From: Vicugna vicugna
Lineage: Eukaryota
NCBI GenBank assembly: GCA_013265495.1
Contig: MU058365.1
Span: forward strand, 62,001 to 126,000
Direction of reading: 5' to 3'
Length of the DNA: 64,000 nt
The notes beneath the pieces were generated by a model. The model saw only the letters and a list, made by a program, of their open reading frames with translations. It did no database searches and was not told where the DNA came from. Shown here in pieces: positions 25,506-63,300 of the stretch (the stretch's first letter is position 1; every line of letters begins with the position of its first letter). The position numbers and the translations under genes were made by a program.

Positions 25506-25717
25506 TTAGAGTTTCTATCCTAAGCATTACTGATGTCTTGGGCCTAATAATTCTGTTACGGGGGCTGTAATGTATATTTTAGGGTGTTTAGCAGCATACC
25601 TGACCTTTACCCACTAGATGACAGTGGCACCTGTCCCTAATATTGTGATAAACAAGGTATCTCCACACTGCTAAATGTTCCCTGGGAGGCAAAATCACCC
25701 CAAGTTGACAATCACTT
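25506..25717. mobile_element. MER20 hAT-Charlie element
   Basis: Motifs tttagcagcatacctgacctttacccactagatg and ctaaatgttccctgggaggcaaaatcacccc. Confidence 0.7.
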
Positions 25718-27332
25718 GATTAATCTAAGAGCGTGGACTCTAGAGTTACACTTTGTTCCTAGTATGTGACTTTGAGCAAGTCATAAATCATAACGCACAT
25801 TCCTTATTTTTGGCTGCCCAGCAGCTATAGCCCTTTCCTAGCAGCATTTCAATCTCTTTGAGGGAATTACCTCTCCTCCACTGCGTAGTTTTGGTAGGCC
25901 TCCTGGCCTCCTCCTGTAGAAGCCAAATATAACCTTCCTGGCTTGTTCTCCCAGATCCTATCACATCCGGGGGTCAGACACAGACCTAAGTTAGGTCAAT
26001 AGAATATTCACTCCCCTGACTTTGAATCTCGAGCAAGAAATGATAGAGAAGGGTCACAGTTCATTCATTTCAGTGGACTCCCACCAGGAGATCGTTTCTA
26101 TGGACCCTGCTGTCTGGGGCTCTGTAACTAATTAACTAGGTTATGCATTTCCAAGCTGACTTCTGCCCTACTACTGTTTCTGCAGGTCTTTTTTATATCT
26201 TTCCAAAAAAATTCTTTTGGGTTTAAACTGCCAGTTAGTTTTTCATTATTTACAACTGAGGATTACTAACAAATAGATGTAATTTCTCTGAGAATAAAAA
26301 TAGCAAAGTTACTGAATGGGTTACTTATGATAATACATATAAAGGACTTAGCATAGTCCCTGGCACATGGCAACCATGCGATAAATGTTAGCTATTATTA
26401 GTAAGGGGTCTTGAAAATTTTGCAGTTTAATTCTGAGAGCAAATTTATTCCTCTGGTTTCTATGTTCTTACAGTACAACCTGCTGACACTTGAGTGTACC
26501 TTTTATGGAATTAAAATAATTTGACAAATGATTAGATATGTAGTCATTATAAAAGTGAGTCTTTCAGAAAGGTTCTGACATTAAGAGAAATTAAGTAGAA
26601 AAAGAAAACCAATTTGGGGAAAAAATGGGTTTGATATTATATATGTCAAATATTTAATAAAACCGTGACATTGTCAATTAAAAACAAGCCGGTAGCAATG
26701 CATTTGGAGCATGCGTGATAGAGCTTAATATGTTGATTTGGGACACAAAAAATGATTAACATGACAACTGAAATAAGGAACTAGGATAATTCTTTCCATT
26801 TTTAGAGAAAAAAGTGTACATCCAAAGAGATTCTTTCATTATAAACAGAAGCTAATTCTGGCTGATTCAAATTTTTGAAAAAGTAATACGTGTTAAGAAT
26901 AAATGAATCAAGAAACCCCAAAATTCATGAAGAAAAATGAATTAGCTGTAATACTACCATATTCTACTAACTTTCATCTATAGATCTTGACTTCAGAGTT
27001 TGGCTGACGTAAGATAGAACACATTGGCATTTTTCATATAACTGCCTTCTAACCACTTAGTGCCCTTTAATCAGAGACCCCCTGTCAAATTCAAAACTCA
27101 AGGCCATGGCTCCAAATTCCAGATGGAGACATTTAGACATAAAATAACACTTGCTGACAGTCCGATAAGAAAAAATGTGAGAATTTAATAATCATGCAGT
27201 GGGAAGGTCTAAACAGGACACAAAACTTGGAAACAAAATAAAAGTGAAAAATTGACTATATAAAAATCTAATTTCTTTGAGGCAAAAAATAAGACAAACT
27301 GGAGAAAATACTTGCCATATCAGAAAGGCCTA

Positions 27333-27530
27333 GATGTGTGAAAAAGACGAAAAAAAAAACCAAAAAACCTTAAATCTTTTTAAAGTAGGGGAAAAACATC
27401 CAAGCACTTTAACTCCACTGTACCAGGTGAACTGATACAGCTCAAAAGTTTTCCTTTACACCAACTGTCAATGCCAGAATTATGTATTCTGTTTCGTAAG
27501 GATTTAATAAAAGTCATAAAGACTTAAAAA
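27333..27530 (+). pseudogene. Retrocopied mRNA 3'-UTR end (resembles the PCBP2 3' terminus)
   Basis: Non-repeat sequence ending ...ggatttAATAAAagtcataaagactt plus poly(A), with a TSD-like aaaggccta / aaaagccta inside an old L1 remnant. The PCBP2 identity is from memory only. Confidence 0.55.
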
Positions 27531-30523
27531 AAAAGCCTAAAAATATCTTACTTCATATGTAAAGAACTCTCACAGGTTAATAAGACCTATAAAAAAATGG
27601 ACAAAAAAATATGAACAGCTAGTTCATGCAAAAGGAAATAGAGTAACTTGTAAGCAAATGAAACGACATTCAACCTCACTTATAAAAAGAGAAAAGAACA
27701 TGAAAATGTTAATATCATATGGTGAGAAGTCATTTTTATAAACGTATTAAACTGGCAAAATAAGATAAAATACTGTGTTGTCAAGGGAAAAAGTAACAAT
27801 CACTCTCAAACAACACTGGTGGAGGTATAAACCAGTAGTCTCTCTGGAGGACATATGGACAACATCTATCAAAATTTTAAAGGCACATACACTGGACCAA
27901 TTCCTTACATCCTCATAAAAAAAATTGATTAACCTAAATATCCATCAATTTAAAATGATTAAATAATAAGATATTCATACAATGGAATATCACACAGTGG
28001 CTTTTAACTGAGAAAATTCAGTATGTACCAATACAAAAATAAGGTGCAGATTTGGTTGTTGAAGATTTGGGTTAAGATTCAGTGTTACAGAAAAAATATA
28101 TTTATATTTTAGATACATGGAATAGCTCTGGAAGGTCACACAAGAAACTGGTAATGATGGTTGCCTCCTAAAAATGAACTGAGTGACTTAGGGACAGGGG
28201 AGGAAAGAAGACTTACTTTTCATTGAATTTTAACCTTGTGCAAATATTACTTGGTAAAAATAACTAATTAAAAAATTAAAAAACAAAGACTAGAAAAACA
28301 TTTTTCTCTTGAAGAATAATTATAGCAATTGTAACATATTTCCATCACCCATAAATAACAATTTCCCATCATTAGACTAAGAGAGTTATACAATTATGTC
28401 TTTCTCTTTCTCTTGGTTTATATGACTTATTACAAATTCTCTTTACTTTGCTTCTTCACTTTTGTCTTTTACCTTTGTTAATTTTTGAATTTTGAAAGCA
28501 GGTAGGACAATTTTCGTAAGTTCTCAAGCACTTTTGAGTGAAGCTAACTTTTATATTCTCATAAAATAAGCTACACAAAATCACTATCAGAGTAATGATG
28601 CATTTAAAAACTCACATCTTAGTATACATAATGAGAGCCAAATGGTTAGCTGAAGCACAAAAAGGCTTAAGTCAATGGTGAACTAAATCTGAAAACAGGA
28701 AAAGGAATATACTGTGGTCGAAAACACATGAAATCTTGTCAACATGTTTTATGCCAAATCAGTGCTGAGGGAGCAAAATGTTCTGTAAATTTTAACAGCA
28801 ACAGTAAATTTAGGCACTGACGTTAACTAAAAATACATATTATGAACAGCCAGACTCTCTTCTGCAACTCAATGTTTTTTTTAAAAGCAATAGAACATTT
28901 CAATATCATGTCTCAAAACTGAAATGCAACGTATTGGGAACGGAAACCACAGAATTATCAATTTTGAAAATTAAAAAAGTGTAAATGTCACTCTTCCATA
29001 TTTTCAGTATTGCTCATTTAAAGTGAATATTTAATAAATCCCTCTATAAAAACTGAAATCACAAAATTTTGACTTATGAATTTAGCAATCATTTAGCCCT
29101 ATCTTGTCTTATAAATAAGGCAAAGGCATGAGAAAACAAAGGCGTCAAAATTGACATGGCTTATTAATGTCTCAGCTGGAATAGGATGCAGGTCTTCTGA
29201 CTCTAGTCCTAGCTACCTCAACTATCTACCACATTATACTGTAATTTTATTGCTGGTAACTAGTTGTAAACATTTTAGTACGACCTTATTATCAAGAAAA
29301 ATAATATATAGTAAATAGAGAGAAAATTAAAATAGCTGATCTAAGAAATCAAAGTAAGTCTATTAGGGTTAAAATTTAAGCTAGTAGGAATAACCTGAAA
29401 ATATTCCAAAGATAGATCAACCGTCCCAAACTTCATAAACAATAGTAGTCAGTAAAAGTTTCAAGAAATAAAAAGTGTTACTCATACAAATTTATAAACC
29501 GTTAAAAGCTCTATTAGGAAGAACCCAAAAGTTCATCAACAGATGAGTGGATAAGCAAAATGTGGTATATACATATAACAGAATAATACTTGACCATAAA
29601 AAGGACTGAAGTTCTTACCAATGCTACAACATGGATGAACCTTGAACACATTATGCTAAGTGAAATAAGCAAAACAAAAAATACTGAATGATTCCACTTC
29701 TATGTAATATATACAATAAGCAAATTCATAGAAACAGAAAGTAAATTTGAGATTATGAGGAGCTAGAAGGAGGAAACAATGAGGTATCTATCGCTTAATG
29801 GGTACAGAGTTTCTGTTTGGGATGATGAAAAGTTTTAAGAATAGTGGTGATGGTTGTACAACACTTAAAAATGTCACTGTATTGTACACTTAATGGTTAA
29901 AATGGCAAATTTTAAGTACTCTCTATTTTATCTCAATGTTTTAAAAGTAAAAAAAATTTTAAAAGACCACTATTAAATTACATAAATTTATTTTGTAACA
30001 ATAAAGATAGCTCAGAAACACAATCCTATGCACAACCAAACAGTATTCTTACCTGACCATTTGAAAAACAGAATTTATTATAAATCTTATTTGAAATATT
30101 TATTCATTCAACAAGTAGTTGTTAAATGTGTATGTGTTAGACATTAGATGTATGGATAGATAGATGGAAGGAATGAAAACACACAGGCCAGCCTATCATA
30201 TCTACCTTAAAGAGTTGCTAGAAAGATCCAACTAAATAAATAATGTAAAAGGGTTTCAAAACCATAAGGCACTATATAAATATAAATATGTTTTAAGTTA
30301 TACACCTCCAAAATTTAAAATGAAAGTCATAACACTTTGAAAAACAATACAACTTCAATAAAGGATAAAATGTTTGTAAGATCAAGAATTAGAAATTAGA
30401 AATTAAAATTTAGAAATTAGAATTAGAAAAGAATGTTTCAATTTGACACAACATTGTAAAATAACTATTACTCAATAAAAAATGTAAAAAAAAAAAGAAA
30501 AGAAAAGAATGTTTGGAAAATTA

Positions 30524-30966
30524 TAGGCATACCTCATTTTATTGTGCTTTACAGATACTGCAGTTTTTTACAAATTGAAGGTTTGTGACAACCGTCACTG
30601 AGCAAGTCTACTGGTGCCATTTTCCTAACAGCAAGGTTCACTTTGTGTCTCTGTGTCACATTTCGGTAATTCTCATATTATTATTATATTTGCTTTGTTG
30701 ATCTATGATCAGTGATTTTTGATATTACTATTGCAAAAAGATAATGACTCACTGAAGACTCATTTTTTAGCAATAAAATATTTTTAATTTTTAATTAATG
30801 TATCTTTTTAGACATAATGCTATTGCACACTTAATAGACTATAGTATAGTGTAAATATAACTTTTATATGCACTGGGAAATCAAAAAAATTTGTGTGACT
30901 CGCTTTGATATTTGCTTCATTGCAGTGGTCTGGTACCAAACCTGCAGTATTTCTGAGGTATGCCTG
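30524..30966. mobile_element. Internally deleted Tigger1 DNA transposon
   Basis: Terminal inverted repeats AGGCATACCTC / GAGGTATGCCTG flanked by TA duplications. Confidence 0.85.
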
Positions 30967-31164
30967 TACCATATATTTTATAATCAAGAAAGAATAATAC
31001 TCCTTAAAAAAAGTTTTCAAAAAGCTAAGGAACTTAGTTTCGTTAATGGAAATGACCATCTATGAAAACAGTTAAAAAATGATACCAAGTCTGTCCCAGT
31101 GCTTTTCAAACTTTAATGAATTACCCAAGGATCCTTATCTCTTGAATCATGTTGCCACATGATT

Positions 31165-31610
31165 TGAGGGGCTGAATAGTGACTTCCTAATCCTTGAAAT
31201 TTGTGAATGTTAATTTACATGGCAAAAAGGACTTTGCAGGTGTGATTAAATTAAGGGCCTTGAGATGGGGAGATTACCCTGGATTATCTAGTGGGGCCCT
31301 AAATGTAATCACAAGTGTCCTTCTAAGAGGGACACAGGAAAAGACATTAAGAAAAAGGCAATGGAAACACAGAAAAAGAGACTGGAAGATGCTACACTGC
31401 TGTCTTTGAAGATAAGCTGAGTTAAGGAATGCAGGCCGCCTCCAAAAGCTAGAAAAGGCAAGGAAACAGAACTCCCCACAGATCCTCCAGAAGGAATGCA
31501 GGCCTGCTGAAACCTCAACTTTAGCCCTTTGAAACTGATTTCAGACTTGTGTTCCTTTAAGCCACCAAATCTGTGGTAGTTTATTACAGCAGCAATAAGA
31601 AATTAATACA
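31165..31610 (+). mobile_element. MLT1C/D-like MaLR LTR
   Basis: Motifs ttacatggcaaaaaggactttgcaggtgtgattaaattaagg and ttacagcagcaataagaaattaataca. Confidence 0.7.
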
Positions 31611-31832
31611 AATTGAATTTCTTTAAAAAGGAACTTACCTGATTTATTAGAACAGTTTAACACTAAAAACAGAGTAATAATCCAAACTTCAAAAAGAAAT
31701 TTTAAAGTATGCACAATCATTAAAAACTATCATAGAAAAAATATGTGGAACACATGAGGATGTATTAGGATTTTTATAAAGCAGGTTACAATTTTTTAAG
31801 TTATATTTTTGTACATATTTTGTTTTCTATAG

Positions 31833-33778
31833 TGCTACAGACTGAACTGTCTCCCCCAAAATTTTATGCTGAAGATCTAACCTCCAATGTGACTATATTT
31901 GGAGACAGGGCTTTTAGGAGATAATTTTAAGGTTAAATGCGGTCCTAACAGCAGGGTCCTCATGATAGGATTAGCACCCTTATAAGAACAGACACCTGAA
32001 AGCCTGCTTGCTCATGCTCTCAATCTCTCTCACCCTGTCATGTGAGAACATAGTGGAAGAGGCCGTCTACAAACCTGGAAGAGATCTCTCACCCCATCAG
32101 AAATGACCATGCTACTAGCACCTCGATCTTAAAACTTCCAGCCTCCAGAACTGTGAGAAAATAAACTTCCTTAAGCCACCCAATCTATGGTATCCTGTTA
32201 TGACAGCACAAGCTATTACAGATTTTAGCATTGGGAAGTGGGGTGTTGCTTGAAGGAATATCTAAAAATGTGAAAGAAGCTTTCGAACTGAGTAATGAGT
32301 GGAGGCTGGAAGAGTTTGGAGGGGCATGCTAGAAATACGGATGTAAAAGGTGATTCTGGTGAGATCTCAGATGGAAATGCAGACCAATAATAGAAACTGG
32401 AGGAAAAGTGATCTCTGTTATGAAGTGGCAAAGAACTTGGCTGAACTTAGTGTTTTGTGGAAGATAGAACATGCAAAAGTGATGAAACCAGCTATTTAGC
32501 TGAGGAGGTTTCTAAGCAAAGTATTGAAGGAGTGGCTTGGCTCCTCCTGCCTGTTTACAGTAAAATGCAAAATAAGAAATATGAAGAAGAAATTGATAAA
32601 CAAAAAGGAACCTGAACCTTAAGATTTGGAAAATTCTCAGCCTATCCATACTGCAAAAAAATTAGACAGCATGTTCTGAACAGAACATCAAGGGTGTGGC
32701 TGGACCATCAATCCATAAAAAGCTTATGGGATTATATCAGCAGAAATAATGCCAGTTTGAACTGAAGAGGACAGAGACAGGACAAAATGAAAGAAGGCTG
32801 ACAGACTTCTTGGATTAGAGAGGACTGGATAAGAGCTATTTTTCTACAAACATGGGCTATCCTTCAAGAAGAGGGAAAAATGACCCTGAAAGACATTCAG
32901 AAGTCTTCAGGGCCACTGCCTCATTTTCAACAGGCTAGATGGCCTCTGCCTCCCAGCAGTCTCAGGGGCAGAACCTTCACTTAGAGCTGCAGGGTAATGT
33001 CACTCCGGTAGGCCTGGAAGGCAGAGAATCAAACCATAAAGGATTCATAGCGAGGCTTAAGATCTAATGGAATTTGCTTTGCTAGGTTTTATTCTTGCTT
33101 GGGATCCATCACTCCTTTTTCCCTCCTGATTTCTCCCCTTTAGAATGAGAATGTCTATCCTACCATTGTCCCACCACTGTACTTTGGAAACACTTAACTT
33201 GTCTGATTTCTCAGGTTCACAGCTGGAGAAGAATTGAGCCTCAGAAAGAGTTGTACCCAGACTCTCACCCACATCTGATTTAGAGGATATTTAAATGGGA
33301 CTTTGTACTTTAGAGTTGATGTTGGAATGAGTTAAGAATTTTGGGCCGCTTGGGATGGAATGAATGTACTTTGCATGTGAGAAGGACATGAATTTAGGGG
33401 AGTCAGGGGGAGAAGGCTATGAACTGAATTGTGTCCTCTCAAAATTCGTATGTTGAAGCCCTGCCTCCAATATGACTGTATTTGGAGATAGGGCTTTTAG
33501 GAGATAATTAATGTTAAATGAGGTTGTAAGGGTGGATTTCTCATAGGACTGGTGGCTTTGTAAGACACAGAAGGAAAAAAGATCTCTCCATACACATTCA
33601 CTTAGGAAAGTCCTTGTGAGCACACAAGGCAGCTGTCTTCAAGCAAGGAAGACAGCCCTCACCAAAACCAGACCACGTTGGCACACTGCTCTCAGACTTC
33701 TAGCTTCTAATACCTCGAGAAAATTTTGTCGTTTAAGTTTATGGTATTTTGTTATTGCAGCCCAAGCAGACGATTTAA
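31833..33778 (+). mobile_element. MaLR element (MLT1A-like): LTR 31833-32220, internal 32221-33414, LTR 33415-33778
   Basis: Two direct-repeat LTRs (gactgaactgt...cctccaatgtgactatatttggagacagggcttttaggagataatt) flank an MLT-int-like sequence that ends in a polypurine tract. Confidence 0.8.
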
Positions 33779-34564
33779 GTGTATATTATATTTATAACTA
33801 GAAAAGTAAGTATCTTTTAAACAATAGCAACAACTCTGAAAGGCAATGATATGTAAATTTTATTTTAAAAGAGTTACAAACAAAAAGAAATATACTTTGC
33901 TTTGTCTATATTCAGGGTCCTATAGTTCTTTTAAAGTACAGTGTTCAAATGCTTTATAAAATAAACTCCTACAGTATCTAATGTCTGGTAACACTAATAT
34001 TTATCACTTAACAACCCCCTTACTCTCTTGATGTTATGATTTGAATAGACCTAATATAAAATGATAGGTAATTTTTTATACTGACTGCATTAATTATAAT
34101 AAAAATATATGCCTTAAAGCCCTCAAAAATAAGATAGTTACAATTAGTCAGCCTATACTAGTCACTTGAAATTAGTCTTATATAATTAGGATGACCATAT
34201 GCCTGATTTGCCTGGGACAGTCTTGATTTATGTCCATGTCCTGGTGTAACTGTTAGCAGTGCCTACTTTCACCCTTCAAAAAAGTCCTGGCAAACTATGA
34301 TTTTGTGTATGTATAATCAATTACAGAAAAATTATATTATAAACATTTTATGAATTTAGTGTTCAGTCTGGTACAGGAAATAGCACCTGTCACTAAAATC
34401 TGGAAAATACGGTTGTCACAATATATAACATTAAATTACTTAAATAATTTTCTTCCACTGAGAGCGAAAGTAAATGTTGTAAACGAATTAAGAAATATTA
34501 AGAAGAATCAGGTACCAAACATTTTTAGATGATTTTGAAATCACCGAAGAATCAAAATTTTTAA

Positions 34565-34570
34565 TTTATT
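34565..34570 (-). terminator. RAD51C: Candidate RAD51C polyadenylation signal AATAAA
   Basis: First canonical AATAAA I found on the minus strand after the stop codon (~740 nt downstream), overlapped by ATTAAA. Confidence 0.45.
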
Positions 34571-35312
34571 CAAGCAGTGTTAAGATTATTCAAACAAAAA
34601 TTCAGTACACCTAGAACTAGATCACACCATGCTTCAAAAATACAGAAATAAATGACTGTGAGCTTATCAGCCTGACTATTCTGGAAGATATACATTCCAG
34701 TCAATGTTTTACATGGGATAACAACTCCAAAGTCCTTCCTTTAACATTATAAAATGGTATTAAAAAAATAAACAAATGACTTAGATTTTAGGATTGGGGG
34801 TCACTAAAATCAGACTGGCCATTTAAAATTTGTATCCTACCCATATACTGAATGTAATGATACGCTGACTCATGGTGCTGGCTTTTCTTTATAATAGAAA
34901 CAGGTCATTTTTAAGATTATCAAAGCTACACTTAAAGAGGAAGACATAATAGGAATGTGAAAGAAATGTTTTCTTCCTAGAAATGTCTAGGCAACTGGCA
35001 AAGAAAGGAGCGAAAAACAGTCTGAATCGTAAACTCAGATTGGTCACATGAGATCAGCTTTCCACATCTGCAAAATATAATACCCATATCATCTCTACTG
35101 AATATTACTAAAAATGAAAACAGGGCAAAATATAACTGCAGAACACTGCTTTAGAAAAACTCAAAGAATCGTATCTGTTAAGTATTTTTCCCATTCACTT
35201 AATATAGACCTGATTCATTCATGCCATAGTGTATTTATATTACAAAGTAACGAGTCGACTACCAGTATACATTGCATCTCTCATAGCATCAATATATATG
35301 TATACTTTGAGA

Positions 35313-60312
<25,000 letters not shown>

Positions 60313-60889
60313 CTACGCGCGCAGCAGCGGAGACCCAGAGTCGCCAAAGCCCGCGCGCCAGCGCCGGGCTGCGCCGTATGACGTCAGACGTAAGGCAGAA
60401 GGGGCGGGGTCGGCAGCCTGGCTGCACGAGGCCTTGGGCTTTTCCGCTCAGCGGAAGCCTACTAAGTTTTTACACGTTGGCACAGTTTCCATTGTGATTC
60501 TTCGTAGCCCCATTTAGAGTTTGTACATCAAAAGCTCATCCTGACCGTAAACAGATGGATGGAGACCGCAAGATGCAGAGTTGTACTACTTTCCTCACCT
60601 CCACCCTGACCCCTTGGGTGGAGGCCTCAGAGTTGTTAGTAGGAATGATCTCCCCTAGTGGGACTAGCAGACTCACTGGCCAGTTACCGGTTTGGGGTAT
60701 CTACCAAGATTAATAAAGATTAATCTCCATCCTCGTTATAGGGTTCCACTGTATTGAGTCTCCTTGCGGCTGCCCCCCTTGCCTGCCCCCGTCGCTTTTC
60801 CCGCCCTCGCCCTCGCAAGGGATTGTGGGTCAGCCCCCCACACCCACGGGGCGCACTCGGCGCCGAATCCCCGCACCCACCAACGTCTT

Positions 60890-60966
60890 CCTGCGAGTCG
60901 AGTTCGGAACATGGTGGTTTCTGAGACTGTTAGTTCTTCACGGCCTGCCCAGAAGTAGCTGGAAAA
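60890..60966 (+). other. TEX14: Probable TEX14 non-coding exon 1 (5' end approximate)
   Basis: Ends ...GTAGCTGGAAAA|GTAAGC (consensus donor), resembling the human TEX14 5'UTR as recalled. Head-to-head position with RAD51C fits known synteny. No TEX14 coding exon is in the window. Confidence 0.7.
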
Positions 60967-62899
60967 GTAAGCAAGTAATGTCCCCACAGCGGGTTGGGCT
61001 CCCCCGGTCCTGAGAGGGAGGAGTTGGGCTACGCAAGAGCTCCTGTTCTGGTACAGAGTTGGGAAGGGACCACTTCTAAAATAGAGAATTTTGAGGGAAT
61101 TGAGAGGCGGTTTGGAAGGTTTTCTTGCCTAGAAGAGTATAATGTATGTAAGGGAGTAACTCATTCCCTACCTTTTGGTTATAATTCTTATTCTAGACTT
61201 TTCTTCCCAGCTGAAAAGAACTCCTTAAACATTGCAAATCAGAGCCTTTTAAGTACGTAAGATCTAAGGAAAGAAACATGTTGACCACCTTAGCAAATCC
61301 TACACATTTAAAATGCTCACAGCCGTGCCATGAGGAAAACAAGAACGCGGCAGCTCAGAGCACAGGTTTCTTGAAGCCGAAGTTAAAACCTAGCACCTTT
61401 TTTTCTACTGCCACCTACCTCCAAATTGTGAGACAGCTCTTGGGGTGGGGGTGGGGGGAAATTTCCAGAAGTATTTTTCCCTCATTTGGTAGGGCAGTGA
61501 AAATCTGGTAGGAAATACGGTTGATTTGCCACTGTACATTGCTTAATTTCTGCGTATCTGGACTTACAGGGAGCGTTACAAAAATGTCCTCCCACAGGGA
61601 GAATTCAGGTTTATGCTTATAAAGCAACCAGGCTCTTGGGTGAAGAAGAGATGATATAACACATTGAGGGATAGCTCTTCAGGTAGTTTGGTCATACTCA
61701 GTGCAATCGGTCGTGTTTAGAATTGTGTTTCATTGGCAGTGGAGAGTAAAGAAACTAGTCTTATCTGTAGCTATACTGTTATGTGTTGTTAGTATCTTAT
61801 TCGCACCCTTGATTTGCTATAATAATTATTGCTTTCATCATCATTCTTAAGATTTCTTTTATGCAGTTTGTCTATAGTCAGGTTTTCAAACTGGGATCCA
61901 GCTTTATAAGGCCAGGCGCCAGGAAGTGAACAAAGCTGTGAAATTTTTATGGAAGGTGCACTTTCCTATACTGTCAGTTTTTCTCAAATATTTCTTTGGA
62001 GAGGGAAGAGTTGAATAATTTAAGTGGTGAGCCATTTAAAATGTTTTGTATTAAATAAGCATTAATATATTGTAGAGTAAAATGCAAATATAAAAATAAA
62101 TTTTAAGATAAACATGAGACTTTGAAGAAAGATCCAGTTCAAACTGGATGCTTCAGTAGTCTTCCAAATCCTCCTGGGAATGTTATTATTGGCCTCTTCG
62201 GTTTGGGAATACTGGATTTTGAGAAGCAAGCATAACAGGTATGAGCTTTGAAGTCATACAAATTTGGGTTTGTATCACATCTCTGGATATTACCAACTGT
62301 GGGACTTTCAGCAAGTTACTCAGTTTCCTCACCTGCAAATGGAAGATAATATTTCATGGGGTTGTGGGAAAGATTAAATTAATAAATATAAAGTACTTAG
62401 CACAGAAAAGGTACATAAATCTTAAGTTTTTTCTCTATTTAAAAATATTCTAATATGTGTATTTGGTTGAATAAAGCCTTATTGAACACCTAGCTCAGCA
62501 GAATGCTAATGCTGTGAGCCTTTTTTAAAAAACTACCTGCAGTTGTAAGGTGCCAAAGAAATATGCTTTTACCTCTTTTATTTTATTTGACTTGATCCTT
62601 ACAGTAATCCTGTGAACAGTTTCCTGGGGTCCCCATTTAAAATTAACACATTTAAGATTGGATCACTTAAGCAAGGTTAAATATTTAACTGCTAGGTTTT
62701 GCAGGCTGACAGGGCAAACAAAAGAGTCTGTGGGCTCATGGAGCCTATAATCAATCAGGATTATTGTTGAGTATTTCTGATTTGTGTTGCATTTCTGACT
62801 TGTGTTATTGTCTAGATATAATACTAAGGATAGGAATGAGGTACCAATATGCTGTCAATATCTATAATTAAAGTATTTAAATAACAAGACATTTTCATG

Positions 62900-63300
62900 C
62901 TCACTGGGGGGTGGGGGATGGGGAAGCCCCTTAAAAGGAGGAGAACCCGGAAGAGTGGTTCTTGTCTTCTGGCTGTGAAAGAATTCACAGTGGAGATAAA
63001 GGGGCAGAGTGAAAGCTGCTCTACTGCTCAAATAGAAGGAAAAGAGGAGAAGACACTCGACACTTGGGTAGAAAGACACTCAAGCAGAGGAACTCTAAGC
63101 CCAGGTGGCTTGACATAACAACTCCCACTTTTAGAGTCCCCGGCTGGGTCCTTTTATTCCTCTTTGTTGTGACTTCTTTTGTCTCCTCATTGGCTGCCCT
63201 TTTCCTGCTTGCTTTCCAGTTTGTTCTGCTCTGTGGAACAAACACTCTGCAAAAACATGATAAGTCACCCTCAAACAATGTGGTCAAGCTAGGTTGAGCA
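62900..63300 (-). mobile_element. Possible old ERV LTR remnant
   Basis: Minus-strand gtgaattctttcacagccagaagacaagaac resembles LTR U5 ends; family not identified. Confidence 0.3.
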
